Source: Patescibacteria group bacterium (GTDB taxonomy: Bacteria > Patescibacteriota > Minisyncoccia > Phycocordibacterales > UBA918). Taken from it: a stretch of 64,000 bases of DNA. Below, one piece after another: positions 35,077 through 44,077 of the stretch. Location: contig JAIELQ010000006.1 in the NCBI GenBank assembly GCA_019752815.1, positions 1,577 to 65,576 of the forward strand, given 5' to 3'. The translations under genes were made by a program, and so were the position numbers. Position 1 is the first letter of the stretch. Each line of letters begins with the position of its first letter. Under the pieces are notes generated by a model. It ran no database searches. It was not told the DNA's origin and saw only the letters and a list, made by a program, of their open reading frames with translations.

Positions 35077-35622
35077 ATGGCCAAACAACAATTCACTGGT
35101 GAACGTCACTGGTATGCAATTCATACGTATTCTGGATACGAAAATGCGGTAGCTCGAAATCTCAAGCAACGTATCGACTCACTCAACATGACTGAGAAAA
35201 TTTTTAACGTGGTAGTGCCATCAGAAAAGAAAATTCGAGTAAAAGGTGGTAAGCGAGTAACCGAAGAAGAAAATCTATTCCCCGGGTACGTGCTCGTTGA
35301 AATGGTGGTAGATGATGAATCATGGTACGTCGTACGAAACACGCCTCGCGTAACTGGATTCGTGGGTAGTGGGACTCAACCAGTTCCATTGTCAGAAGCC
35401 GAATACAAAGCCCTCCTCAGCCAAATGAGTGACGATTCAGTCACGCACAAGGTAGATCTCTCAGCCGGAGACCTAGTGATGATTACAGATGGTCCATTTA
35501 AGGAACTCGAAGGGAAGGTGAGTGATGTTGATGAGAAGTCAGGAAAGGTCAAAGTGTTGGTAGCGATGTTTGGGCGGGAGACTCCAGTCGAGCTCGACTT
35601 CCTCCAAATCAAAAAAGTATAA
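35077..35622 (+). CDS. nusG: transcription termination/antitermination factor NusG
   Basis: NGN domain (WYAIHTYSGYENAV) plus KOW (GDLVMITDGPFKELEGKV). Confidence 0.85.
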   Translation: MAKQQFTGERHWYAIHTYSGYENAVARNLKQRIDSLNMTEKIFNVVVPSEKKIRVKGGKRVTEEENLFPGYVLVEMVVDDESWYVVRNTPRVTGFVGSGTQPVPLSEAEYKALLSQMSDDSVTHKVDLSAGDLVMITDGPFKELEGKVSDVDEKSGKVKVLVAMFGRETPVELDFLQIKKV

Positions 35623-35765
35623 AACTCCTAAAATGGGCGGCTTGCTTTGTCGCTACGAGTTTTTGTTCGGTCAATGTAGCAATCACTACATTTCTCTCAC
35701 AAAAACTCTAGGCTTCGCGCAATCCATCCCATTTAAGAAGTTTTAGTGAGCTGACAAATATAAAG

Positions 35766-35800
35766 AAAACACCCCCAAGCTATGCTTGGGGGTGTTTTCT
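35766..35800. terminator. bidirectional intrinsic terminator closing noncoding element B
   Basis: AAAACACCCCCAAG-ctat-GCTTGGGGGTGTTTTCT. It is compensatory relative to the element-A terminator. Confidence 0.7.
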
Positions 35801-35895
35801 TGCGCTCGTCTTTGCGAGGAATGAAGCGAAGCGAAATGACGTGGCAATCCAGAGTGATACATGAATATGACCCGCTGGATCACATCCATAACGGG

Positions 35896-36090
35896 TCATT
35901 TTTCAATATCTTCAGGCTTGGTGTCTTTATCACCAGGGAACTTGAAGTTTCTCTGGATATCCAGAGCAATTGCTGCTCCTTTTGAGTTTCTTCTGTTGTG
36001 TCTGTTCACTCCAGAAAATTCATCACTCCTCAGAATTTCCTGACCTTCAGTTGTAAGTAAAAGTTCACGCAGTGCGAATGGTCGTTCCAT
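35896..36090 (-). CDS. convergent small hypothetical protein (64 aa) with strong SD
   Basis: AGGAGG 6 nt upstream of the ATG; TTGCAA/TAGAGT promoter-like hexamers; ends at the bidirectional terminator. Confidence 0.4.
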   Translation of the reverse strand: MERPFALRELLLTTEGQEILRSDEFSGVNRHNRRNSKGAAIALDIQRNFKFPGDKDTKPEDIEK

Positions 36091-36247
36091 GTCATCCTCC
36101 TGTTAAATCCCTTAAATACTCTAGCATTTTTTGCTTTGGTTGCAAAAAGCTTGAATTCTTGTACAATACGCGGGCTTCTAGAGGGGTAGGCGGATATGGA
36201 CATATGCCTCCTCTCACACAACAAAACAACTTTAATAAACACACATC

Positions 36248-36673
36248 ATGGCTAAAAAACTCGTAAAGACAATCAAAGTACAGTCAAAAGGTGGTAAAGC
36301 GACACCAGCTCCACCACTAGGACCAGTACTTGGACAAGCTGGTATTAACATCGGTGAATTTGTAAACCAATTCAACGAACAAACTCGTGACCGAATGGGG
36401 GAAGTAGTTCCAATTGTAATCTCAGTCTATGATGACCGAACATTTACGTTTGTTACTAAAACTTCACCAGCCTCACGCCTTATCTTAAAAGCTATCGGCA
36501 AAGAAAAGGGTTCAAGTAAGAACAAACAATCAAAAGCTGGAAACATCACTAAAGCTCAAATTCGCGAAATCGCTGAAATCAAAGCCGTCGACATGACAGC
36601 AGCAAGCATCGAAACCGCAATGAAGAGTATCGAAGGAACAGCTCGTTCAATGGGGGTAACAGTTATAGATTAA
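36248..36673 (+). CDS. rplK: 50S ribosomal protein L11
   Basis: [39 protein letters not shown] is the canonical L11 N-terminus. Confidence 0.9.
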   Translation: MAKKLVKTIKVQSKGGKATPAPPLGPVLGQAGINIGEFVNQFNEQTRDRMGEVVPIVISVYDDRTFTFVTKTSPASRLILKAIGKEKGSSKNKQSKAGNITKAQIREIAEIKAVDMTAASIETAMKSIEGTARSMGVTVID

Positions 36674-36683
36674 CTGTTACCGA

Positions 36684-36724
36684 GGTTGCCAGCTATTTTG
36701 AAAAAATAGCGACAACCTGTACAG
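36684..36724. repeat. family-A palindromic element, immediately 3' of rplK
   Basis: GGTTGCCAGCTATTTTGAAAAAATAGCGACAACCTGTACAG. Confidence 0.65.
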
Positions 36725-36904
36725 TCTCTGTAAGAGATTATGTTATTGACTAAGGTCTTATATCTTCTAGCAAAAAAGCGCCTCAGGCGCTTTTTTGTTG
36801 TCTGGTTATCTACGATTGGCTTTGCATGTAAGAATCTCTGATGTACTGCGTCAAAAGGTTTAGAGCCCAGTTTTCTGGGTACGTTCAAAAAAAAGGAGTA
36901 TGCC

Positions 36905-37357
36905 GTGAAAGTTTTGAAATTCGGCCTTTTTGGTCACCGGTGGAAAAAACGTGACGAACTTTTTCTTGTTGTAAGTGACACAATGAGGCTTGATGTCTCA
37001 ACTGCTCACCCCAGTTTACTTAAAAGAGTCATGAACCGCGAACGTTTTGCCACGTTTGTGAGTCCTGAAGAACGAGCAAGAAAACTCATTATCCCCCCTG
37101 AAGACAAAATATCGATAATTACTGAACTCAACTATGTTGGTTCAGTAAAGATTGACGAAGAAGCGTGGCGACATTTTGTCTTTGTGGTTGGTCATGATTT
37201 CTGCTTTAAAGATCGCCTTGGACGTGAGTATGTCACCTCAACGGCTAATCTGAGAGCTAATTTGGGTCAGGTGAATGGTCCGGTGGTGGAAGAGATTATT
37301 GCTAACCGCGTACCTCATCTCAAGATCCTGCAACCTGAGGCGCTTAGGTCGCCGTAA
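36905..37357 (+). CDS. hypothetical protein (GTG start)
   Basis: 150 aa, no recognisable motif. Preceded by the motif TGCGTCAAAAGGTTTAGAGCC, which is shared with the next gene's upstream region. Confidence 0.4.
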   Translation: MKVLKFGLFGHRWKKRDELFLVVSDTMRLDVSTAHPSLLKRVMNRERFATFVSPEERARKLIIPPEDKISIITELNYVGSVKIDEEAWRHFVFVVGHDFCFKDRLGREYVTSTANLRANLGQVNGPVVEEIIANRVPHLKILQPEALRSP

Positions 37358-37627
37358 CGTAGCCCCGTCCACATTTTGATTAATGTGGGTGGGGCTCATT
37401 CATTATGTAAGCAATGCTTTCATTTACATCGTTCACGACTAATGTACGCAAGCTTCCACCGCCACTCACTCGTAATTGTATACAAGTATTCAATTACTTC
37501 GTTCGTATCTAAAGAAAGTAAACTTTCTCCGATACTCACTCGTAATTGTAAGAAGGGGGGAAGTGATGCGTCAAAAGGTTTGGAGCCGTAAAAAACGGTG
37601 AGTTCAACAACATAATGAGGGCAGGAA

Positions 37628-38044
37628 ATGCTTGGTGAGATTATAAAACCATTCATCCCCGAGAAGATGATATTGGTCGCTGTTTGCGAAGGAGATCAGC
37701 TCTACATCTTTGATCGACAGCAATTTGCCGGTCTTATCGGCAACAAAGCCTCTCGTCCGTGGGGGACCAGCCCTCGCAGTCGCGGTCAGAAGCTTGTACG
37801 CAAAGTAGCAGAAAGTGGCAATCGGCACTTCGCTGTCCAGAGGTCAGCTGCTCTGGCTGAATCAGTGCATTTTGTGTTTTGGTTTCCGAAACCAGGCACC
37901 TTCAAGCCTGACGAGTGGGTAGGTAAGGTGGTCAGCTTGCCTGATGAAACTGTTGTGCCCAAAGCCAAGCTTCGTGTCATCGAGACTGCGCTTGTGCGGG
38001 CGCGAGAAAATCTGACGCTTGAAAATTGGCAGAAGATTGCCTAA
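37628..38044 (+). CDS. hypothetical protein
   Basis: 138 aa; GC-shifted; the upstream motif TGCGTCAAAAGGTTTGGAGCC lies at about 37568. Confidence 0.4.
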   Translation: MLGEIIKPFIPEKMILVAVCEGDQLYIFDRQQFAGLIGNKASRPWGTSPRSRGQKLVRKVAESGNRHFAVQRSAALAESVHFVFWFPKPGTFKPDEWVGKVVSLPDETVVPKAKLRVIETALVRARENLTLENWQKIA

Positions 38045-38191
38045 GATTAAGCCAGTAACCTGGCAAAAAACCGTGGCGTCCGACTCACCTCGGGCGCCGC
38101 TTTTTATATACCCTCATTTCTACTAATAAATAAAATTGTATGTTATAACAAAGTCAGCAAAAGATAAGTACATAAACAGGAGAGGGAAGAC

Positions 38192-38743
38192 ATGGAAGCC
38201 ATTCTGACGCCGATTATCACCAACCCTAACCGCCCGCTACCACGCAGTATGTTCGTCCCTGGTATTCGACATACGGTTATGGTGGGGGTGGTGAGTCAAG
38301 ACAGTGGCTTTGCGGTGATTAAGCCACTGCGTGACCCGACCGGTCATGTGTGGATTCCACCGCAAGGTCCAGTCGGACACAAACGTTCTCTGTTTGTGGC
38401 CGGACGACACGTGTTGCGTGAAGAAATTCCCTCGTTGCAACGTCCGCATCAGCATGGTGTTCCAATTATTGATTGGAGAAGTGCCACCTACGCCGGCTCT
38501 GCCATAAACGAGCATGCACGAAGCGGTCGGTGCAAAATGGTGCATGTGGTGCTATTCCGAGCCCAATCTACTCGGATACCGGTTTTGCGAGGTAATGGTT
38601 CGGATTGTGTTGATGCGCAATGGGTGTTCTCTAACGAGATGTTGGAGCATTTGCTCGAGACAACACAACAGAGCAACCCAATCAAGGCCAACATTGTGTT
38701 GGAAGCTGCCTGGATTGCCAAGACCATTGGCTGGCTCAACTAG
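38192..38743 (+). CDS. hypothetical protein
   Basis: 183 aa; GC clearly above the window average. Confidence 0.4.
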   Translation: MEAILTPIITNPNRPLPRSMFVPGIRHTVMVGVVSQDSGFAVIKPLRDPTGHVWIPPQGPVGHKRSLFVAGRHVLREEIPSLQRPHQHGVPIIDWRSATYAGSAINEHARSGRCKMVHVVLFRAQSTRIPVLRGNGSDCVDAQWVFSNEMLEHLLETTQQSNPIKANIVLEAAWIAKTIGWLN

Positions 38744-38879
38744 ATTTTTTCGGCTCGTGCCGGTTGCGTTTTGCGCAACCGGCACCCGTTACCCTAAGGT
38801 CCTCATTTGAGGATTTTTTTGTTATTTTTGGATAGTTTGGTATAGTGCAACAAGAAAGAAACCCTGGAAAGGATTAACA

Positions 38880-39305
38880 ATGCACCGTACATCAATGTAT
38901 GTTGGAATGGCGCTGACAGATGCGCCACCAGAATTTCGAATCGACTTCCAAAATGAGCTGAAAAGTGAATTGCGGAAGTTGCCCGATGTCACCGTTCTTG
39001 ATTTCGTTGGTCTGGAAGATGGTACTGCGGTTGAGGTCTATAATCATGATCGCAAATGTACCGAGGGCGCCGACCTCTGCATTTTCATCGTCGACCACGC
39101 CTCGACCGGTCTGGGGATGGAAATCATGATTCGGCATCATTCCCGCCGGCATATGCTATTTTTCGCCAAAAAGAATAGCCGGGTGACGCGGATGCTCACG
39201 GGCTTCCTTCAGTGCGAGGGACGCAATTTAGGTCGATATGAGGATGTTGCCGACATTATTGCCGCTGTCAAAGAATTCCTTGATCAGCGCAATCATTCGG
39301 CCTAA
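38880..39305 (+). CDS. nucleoside 2-deoxyribosyltransferase-like protein (second paralog)
   Basis: ADLCIFIVDHASTGLGMEIMIRHHSRRHMLFF resembles the NDT motif (D.....D.GxGxExG.A...GK). Confidence 0.35.
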   Translation: MHRTSMYVGMALTDAPPEFRIDFQNELKSELRKLPDVTVLDFVGLEDGTAVEVYNHDRKCTEGADLCIFIVDHASTGLGMEIMIRHHSRRHMLFFAKKNSRVTRMLTGFLQCEGRNLGRYEDVADIIAAVKEFLDQRNHSA

Positions 39306-39313
39306 TCGAAGCA

Positions 39314-39350
39314 GAAGCGCCTCGGCCCAGGCGCTTCTTTCTTTTGTTTT
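39314..39350 (+). terminator. intrinsic terminator
   Basis: GAAGCGCCTCGGCCCAGGCGCTTC followed by TTTCTTTTGTTTT. Confidence 0.65.
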
Positions 39351-39375
39351 AGGGAGGATGTTATACTGTGCCGGT

Positions 39376-40479
39376 ATGGAAATTTCTGGAAAGGGGGCTT
39401 TGCCCGCCCAATTAATCGAGCAGCTAATTAATGAAGGTAGTATAAAGGGTGCAGACAAAAAACATATTTCCCCAGCTTCACTTGACCTGACGGTGAGTGA
39501 TGAGGTCTACACTATCAAAGGGTTACTCTTGCCAAAAGTTGGTGAAAAAATTAGCGATTTACTAGAACTGATGGAAGCCGAGAAAACAGATTTCACCACT
39601 CCGCTCGCTGCCGGGCAAATGTATTTGGTAAAGTTAAACGAAGCACTTTCACTCCCGGATACACTGTACGGGTATTGCAATCCTAAATCATCAACCGGAC
39701 GTCTCGACGTACATATTCGTGTGTTAGCAGATGGGGTACCGCGATTTGATTCTATTACTCCAAAAGGATTTACCGGTAGCTTGTGGGCGGCAATTTTCCC
39801 CCAGTCGTTTGCAATTAAACTAGAGGCTGGTATACCACTCACACAGCTCAGACTATTTACTGCCGATACGCGTTTTACTGAAGATGATTTGAAGGTCGCT
39901 ATGGGTAACGGTTTGGTTTTTGATAGAGTGTCAGGAGCGCAGCTGCTATACGACGATTTGGTTACCAATGATCAAGACGGTTCGGTAGTGCTCACGGCCT
40001 TAGTTGAAGAAGGGATTTGTGGATATGAATGTATTTCTGAACCCGACCAAGTCATTGATGTACAAAATATTGCGGGGTATGCCGGCTCAGACTTTTTTAA
40101 ACCACTGACGATTGAGCGTGGAGCCCTTCGGCTCAAACGTGATAAGTTTTACATCCTTTCAGGAGCTGAGGCGGTTCGTATACCTCCTGAGCTCGCCTCT
40201 GAGATGGTACCAATGGATGAACGTAGTGGAGATTTTCGTTCTCACTACGCTGGATTTCTCGACCCGGGTTGGGGGTATGGACTAGCTGGTGAGGGGAAGG
40301 GTAGACCATTTACACTCGAAGTTCGCCCCTTTGAGGATTTAGTTATCCGGGCAGGTCAGCCAATCGCAAAAATAAAATTCGAAAAAATGACTGTTGCTCC
40401 TACGTTTCATTATGATACTAAAGTATCAAATTATTTAGTCCAAACAGGTCCAAAATTAGGAAAACAGTTCAGGAACTAA
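39376..40479 (+). CDS. dcd: dCTP deaminase-like protein (long, bifunctional-type dUTPase-fold enzyme); start at the MEISGKG ATG
   Basis: dUTPase/dCTP-deaminase fold motifs (LLPKVGE ... GYCNPKSSTGRLDVHIRVLADG ... DPGWGY). Context is a dTTP-synthesis cluster. Confidence 0.55.
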   Translation: MEISGKGALPAQLIEQLINEGSIKGADKKHISPASLDLTVSDEVYTIKGLLLPKVGEKISDLLELMEAEKTDFTTPLAAGQMYLVKLNEALSLPDTLYGYCNPKSSTGRLDVHIRVLADGVPRFDSITPKGFTGSLWAAIFPQSFAIKLEAGIPLTQLRLFTADTRFTEDDLKVAMGNGLVFDRVSGAQLLYDDLVTNDQDGSVVLTALVEEGICGYECISEPDQVIDVQNIAGYAGSDFFKPLTIERGALRLKRDKFYILSGAEAVRIPPELASEMVPMDERSGDFRSHYAGFLDPGWGYGLAGEGKGRPFTLEVRPFEDLVIRAGQPIAKIKFEKMTVAPTFHYDTKVSNYLVQTGPKLGKQFRN

Positions 40480-41396
40480 ATAGCCTTTTCGTCAGCTCGA
40501 GCATGAGCGAGGAGTAAAATAAAAGCTGTTTGCGAAAATCCCAAGTAATGATCGGTACCGGTTATAGTATTTTCGAGTATTTCAATTTTTAACTCTGATA
40601 GTTTAAGTAAGTCCCGTATAGCCAAATCAGTATAATCAATTCCGCCAGATATTTGGGTTACCCGGTCACCCATAATTTCAGCTACTTTATCACCGAGTAT
40701 CTCAAGTGCGTACGAATCATTTTTCATTTCATTAATGGTTTGAGAAAAAAGTGAAATCTCTTCAGAAAATCCTAAAACCTTACTACGGTTATTGGGAAAC
40801 GAACCAGCAGCAGCGCTCTCAACACTAATAGTGCCGATGTCTAAGGTAGCGGTTAAATTCTTAATGGTTGATTGGACCATATCTTCTGGTAGAGAAGCAA
40901 ACTGTGTTTGTAGTCGCTTGATTCTTTCCTCGCGTACCTGGCACCCCTTTGCTGTTATCGAAATTACCCATTGAATGAGGCGTCTTCCTTCTTCAATGGT
41001 TGTAGGTTTTTCAAGATGTTCAAAGTCGAAGTCATCTTCTTCTGTATCGTAATGCCAAATTAAGGGCGCGGTATCAAAACCAATTACAATAGACTCTGGA
41101 TTGATTGTCTGATGATCGAGTATGTGTTGCACTTTTGCTCCTGCTATATGGCGCACGATATCGCGTCCATCGTCTGCATAGTAAGATGGAATACCCTGCG
41201 AGGCATCAAGCTCTTTAGACTTGTCGGCTTCAACGGCAACCGGTATACGTTCAGATTTTGATACATCACTAAAGCCCAGTGATTCTAGTTGTGATTTACG
41301 AAAGTCAGATTGGGAGGCTAAAACTACCGGATATTTATTCCAGTACGCAAGTATTTCCTCGGTCGGTGTATGAAATTTTGGTCCGCCTTCGTGCAT
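40476..41396 (-). CDS. Maf-like nucleoside-triphosphate pyrophosphatase domain protein with a C-terminal extension
   Basis: N-terminus PVVLASQSDFRKSQLESLGF resembles the Maf motif (LILASGSPRRRELLEQLGL). Confidence 0.45.
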   Translation of the reverse strand: MHEGGPKFHTPTEEILAYWNKYPVVLASQSDFRKSQLESLGFSDVSKSERIPVAVEADKSKELDASQGIPSYYADDGRDIVRHIAGAKVQHILDHQTINPESIVIGFDTAPLIWHYDTEEDDFDFEHLEKPTTIEEGRRLIQWVISITAKGCQVREERIKRLQTQFASLPEDMVQSTIKNLTATLDIGTISVESAAAGSFPNNRSKVLGFSEEISLFSQTINEMKNDSYALEILGDKVAEIMGDRVTQISGGIDYTDLAIRDLLKLSELKIEILENTITGTDHYLGFSQTAFILLLAHARADEKAI

Positions 41397-41408
41397 AAAC
41401 GAGACGCA

Positions 41409-42770
41409 TTATTCCTTTTTTACGATATCGTGCTCGCCTCGTTTGATGTTGAAACGACCAGGGTCTGGATCGAGATGGAAAGTTAGTCCGGCGTCTCCAT
41501 ATTTTTCTTGCAGTAGAGAGGCCATAATTCCGGCTTTAGTTGCGAGTGTGGGATGAACGAGGCTCGTTGCTCGTATCTCTATTAGATACACCAAGGCAGG
41601 CAGGTCACCTGACAGGTAATTACTAATGTTATAGCCCATTGGTAGGTAGTATTGGCGAATGTTTTTATCTGGTGTCAGAGATTCTATAGCAGTTTTCTGT
41701 TCAGCGATTAATGCAGTAGCTTCAGTGCGTAATTGTGGAGTTAGTTGCTCAAGATACCAAGGATTAAAACCGATATCAGCAGTAAGTAGAGGCATACGTT
41801 GGGTAACAGCCCGATGGCGCTGAATATCCCGGAAAGAACCAAAATCAAGGGTAAACGCCAGCGCTACTTCACCGTATACTCCAAGCCATTTCGGGAGCTC
41901 AGTTTTTGCTGGACGATTTACTAATAGTTCACGGTAGGGTGTTAGACCCTTTATATCAATACTGTCCCGCACAATCTCCATCTCTCTCGAATGGGCATCA
42001 TGGTAGTAGTACTGATTCATTGTTTCGGCGACATATTTCTCGGTCGCTTCGTAGCGTTTCTTTTCAACAGAAAAAGAATTTGGATAGGCAGCAATCATGC
42101 CGTCTTCGAGTACCTGGGCAATTTCCTGTACTTCAAGTAATGGGTGATGGCGCAGATGGGCGATACGATCGGCAAACTGCCGGAGTGTTCCTGTCCAAGC
42201 TAAGTTGGTTGAAGCTCCCGCCGGCAAAAACCCACGAGTAATATCAAACGCTCGGGCAGCAATTGCTTTGTCATAGGTCACTTCCTTTTCTCCCTCACCA
42301 AGCGGATACCGTTTTTTTAATTCCACCTTCATTTCCTCTACTGCTTTTAAATAAAACGCTCGCCACGTCTCGAGGATTTTATTTCCCTCAGGACTTCCGA
42401 CGGGGTTGATAAATAGTTGCCCAGCAAAATCAATGTAGCGAGTTGAAGCTTCTTGTCCGTTATAAAGCTTGTAATCCTGGATAGCTTTTGCCGCCAACAT
42501 CGAAACACCCTCAATAAAAACTACTGCCATTCCACAGTCACCAATAGATTTGTGCCCATAGCCAACGTAGTACGTCGACATAAATTTGTCAGCTCCTTTT
42601 TCAGCGAGTATTTTTAAGTGCTCATCCACTCCACCGGTTGAGCGGGAGTGCAGGGCTTGAAGCATCGCTAAAGCTTCAGCGGTTAACGTTGCTCCTGGAT
42701 CAATAATCACTATCTTCCCGCCACTACCGAGTGCGGCTCTTGTGTGGTTTAAATTTTCGATGTTTTGCAT
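41409..42770 (-). CDS. long-form flavin-dependent thymidylate synthase (ThyX)-like protein
   Basis: ThyX-like segments: YGHKSIGDCGMAVVFIEGVSMLAAKAI ... EASTRY in the N-half and SFRDIQRHRAVTQRM (RHR motif) in the C-half. Confidence 0.45.
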   Translation of the reverse strand: MQNIENLNHTRAALGSGGKIVIIDPGATLTAEALAMLQALHSRSTGGVDEHLKILAEKGADKFMSTYYVGYGHKSIGDCGMAVVFIEGVSMLAAKAIQDYKLYNGQEASTRYIDFAGQLFINPVGSPEGNKILETWRAFYLKAVEEMKVELKKRYPLGEGEKEVTYDKAIAARAFDITRGFLPAGASTNLAWTGTLRQFADRIAHLRHHPLLEVQEIAQVLEDGMIAAYPNSFSVEKKRYEATEKYVAETMNQYYYHDAHSREMEIVRDSIDIKGLTPYRELLVNRPAKTELPKWLGVYGEVALAFTLDFGSFRDIQRHRAVTQRMPLLTADIGFNPWYLEQLTPQLRTEATALIAEQKTAIESLTPDKNIRQYYLPMGYNISNYLSGDLPALVYLIEIRATSLVHPTLATKAGIMASLLQEKYGDAGLTFHLDPDPGRFNIKRGEHDIVKKE

Positions 42771-42922
42771 ATACTTTAATTGTAGTTTCTGTTGGGTTTT
42801 TAAGATTGATACTTATACCCAATAGTAGTGAAAAGACACTAATAAGTCAGGAAATTTGTATCTGTACAGTTGACCTGCTATGTAAGCTGTTCGCTAATAC
42901 TAAGAGATTTTGGAGGTAGGCT

Positions 42923-43630
42923 TTGTGCGGTGTTACTATTAACACCATGCAAACAGGTAAACTTATAGTATTAGACGGGGGAGATGGGGCAGGGAAAGCA
43001 ACCCAGGTGGCTTTGTTGGTAAAGCAATTAATGGCAGATGGCTATAAAGTCGAAACTCTAGATTTTCCGCAGTATACTCAAAATACATTTGGTGCATTGA
43101 TTCGGGAATGTCTCGATGGTAAGCGGGGTGACTTTATGGCAACCGATGCACGAGTCGCCTCAACGCTGTATGCCGCTGATAGATTTGAATCAAAACCGAG
43201 ACTTGAATCATGGCTTGAAGAGGGAAAAATTGTTGTTCTTGATAGATACGTTAGTTCGAACATGATGCACCAAGGCGCCAAGATTAAAGACGCAGATGAA
43301 CTCGAAGCCTTTTTAGGATGGCTTGATCACATGGAACATGGCGTGTTTGGTCTGCCTCGACCTGATGTGATTTTATATCTTGAGGTACCGTTTGGAGTGA
43401 GACAAAATCTTAAAAAAGTAGCGGTAGCCGCGGGCAAACATGGAGCAGATGTAAAACTAGATCTAGCCGAAGCCGATCACCACCATCAGGAACAAGTAGA
43501 GATTAGAGCTAAAACGATAGTGTCGAGTAAAAACAATTGGAAAGTAGTTCATTGTTGTGAGGGTGAAAATATTCGCAGTCGTGAAGATATCCATACTGAT
43601 GTGTACGCGATAGTTAAAGGGGCTTTATAA
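42923..43630 (+). CDS. tmk: thymidylate kinase family protein (paralog 1)
   Basis: P-loop LIVLDGGDGAGKATQ, DRY-like motif LDRYVSSNMMHQGA, lid region. Confidence 0.65.
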   Translation: MCGVTINTMQTGKLIVLDGGDGAGKATQVALLVKQLMADGYKVETLDFPQYTQNTFGALIRECLDGKRGDFMATDARVASTLYAADRFESKPRLESWLEEGKIVVLDRYVSSNMMHQGAKIKDADELEAFLGWLDHMEHGVFGLPRPDVILYLEVPFGVRQNLKKVAVAAGKHGADVKLDLAEADHHHQEQVEIRAKTIVSSKNNWKVVHCCEGENIRSREDIHTDVYAIVKGAL

Positions 43631-43633
43631 CCT

Positions 43634-44056
43634 ATGCAGCTACGGATTAAAAAACTCCATCCCGATGCTAAGATGCCACAATTTGCGCATGCGAGTGATG
43701 CGGGTTTGGATTTGTGTACGGTTATTGATTTCACCATTAATCCCGGTGAGCATCGCTTAATCTCGACTGGTCTCACGATTGTATTTCCTGACGGCTATAC
43801 CGCCCTAGTCTGGGACAAGGGAGGAATTGCTAATAAACGCCACCTAAAAACAGTGGGTGGAGTGTTTGATACCGAATATCGGGGGGAGTATCTAATTGGG
43901 TTATACAATTTTGGCCACGAACCCCAGACATTTGCTGTCGGTGATAAAATTGCCCAGCTACTGATTCAAAAAGTTGAACATCCTGAAATTATTGAAGTGA
44001 CTGAATTAGATGAAACTGTCCGGGGGGACGGAGCGTTTGGAAGTACCGGTGTATAA
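43634..44056 (+). CDS. dut: dUTP diphosphatase
   Basis: dUTPase motifs (ASDAGLDL ... GDKIAQLLI ... RGDGAFGSTG). Confidence 0.85.
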   Translation: MQLRIKKLHPDAKMPQFAHASDAGLDLCTVIDFTINPGEHRLISTGLTIVFPDGYTALVWDKGGIANKRHLKTVGGVFDTEYRGEYLIGLYNFGHEPQTFAVGDKIAQLLIQKVEHPEIIEVTELDETVRGDGAFGSTGV

Positions 44057-44077
44057 TAGAATGATAATCTTCAGCAT

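Noticed and set aside
35640-36247. rplK-rplA leader or L1-binding site expected upstream of rplK
   Set aside because: rplA is not in the window after rplK. The spacer instead holds a terminator-capped repeat element and a convergent small ORF. Only a short, roughly 70-nt hairpin-containing leader precedes rplK.
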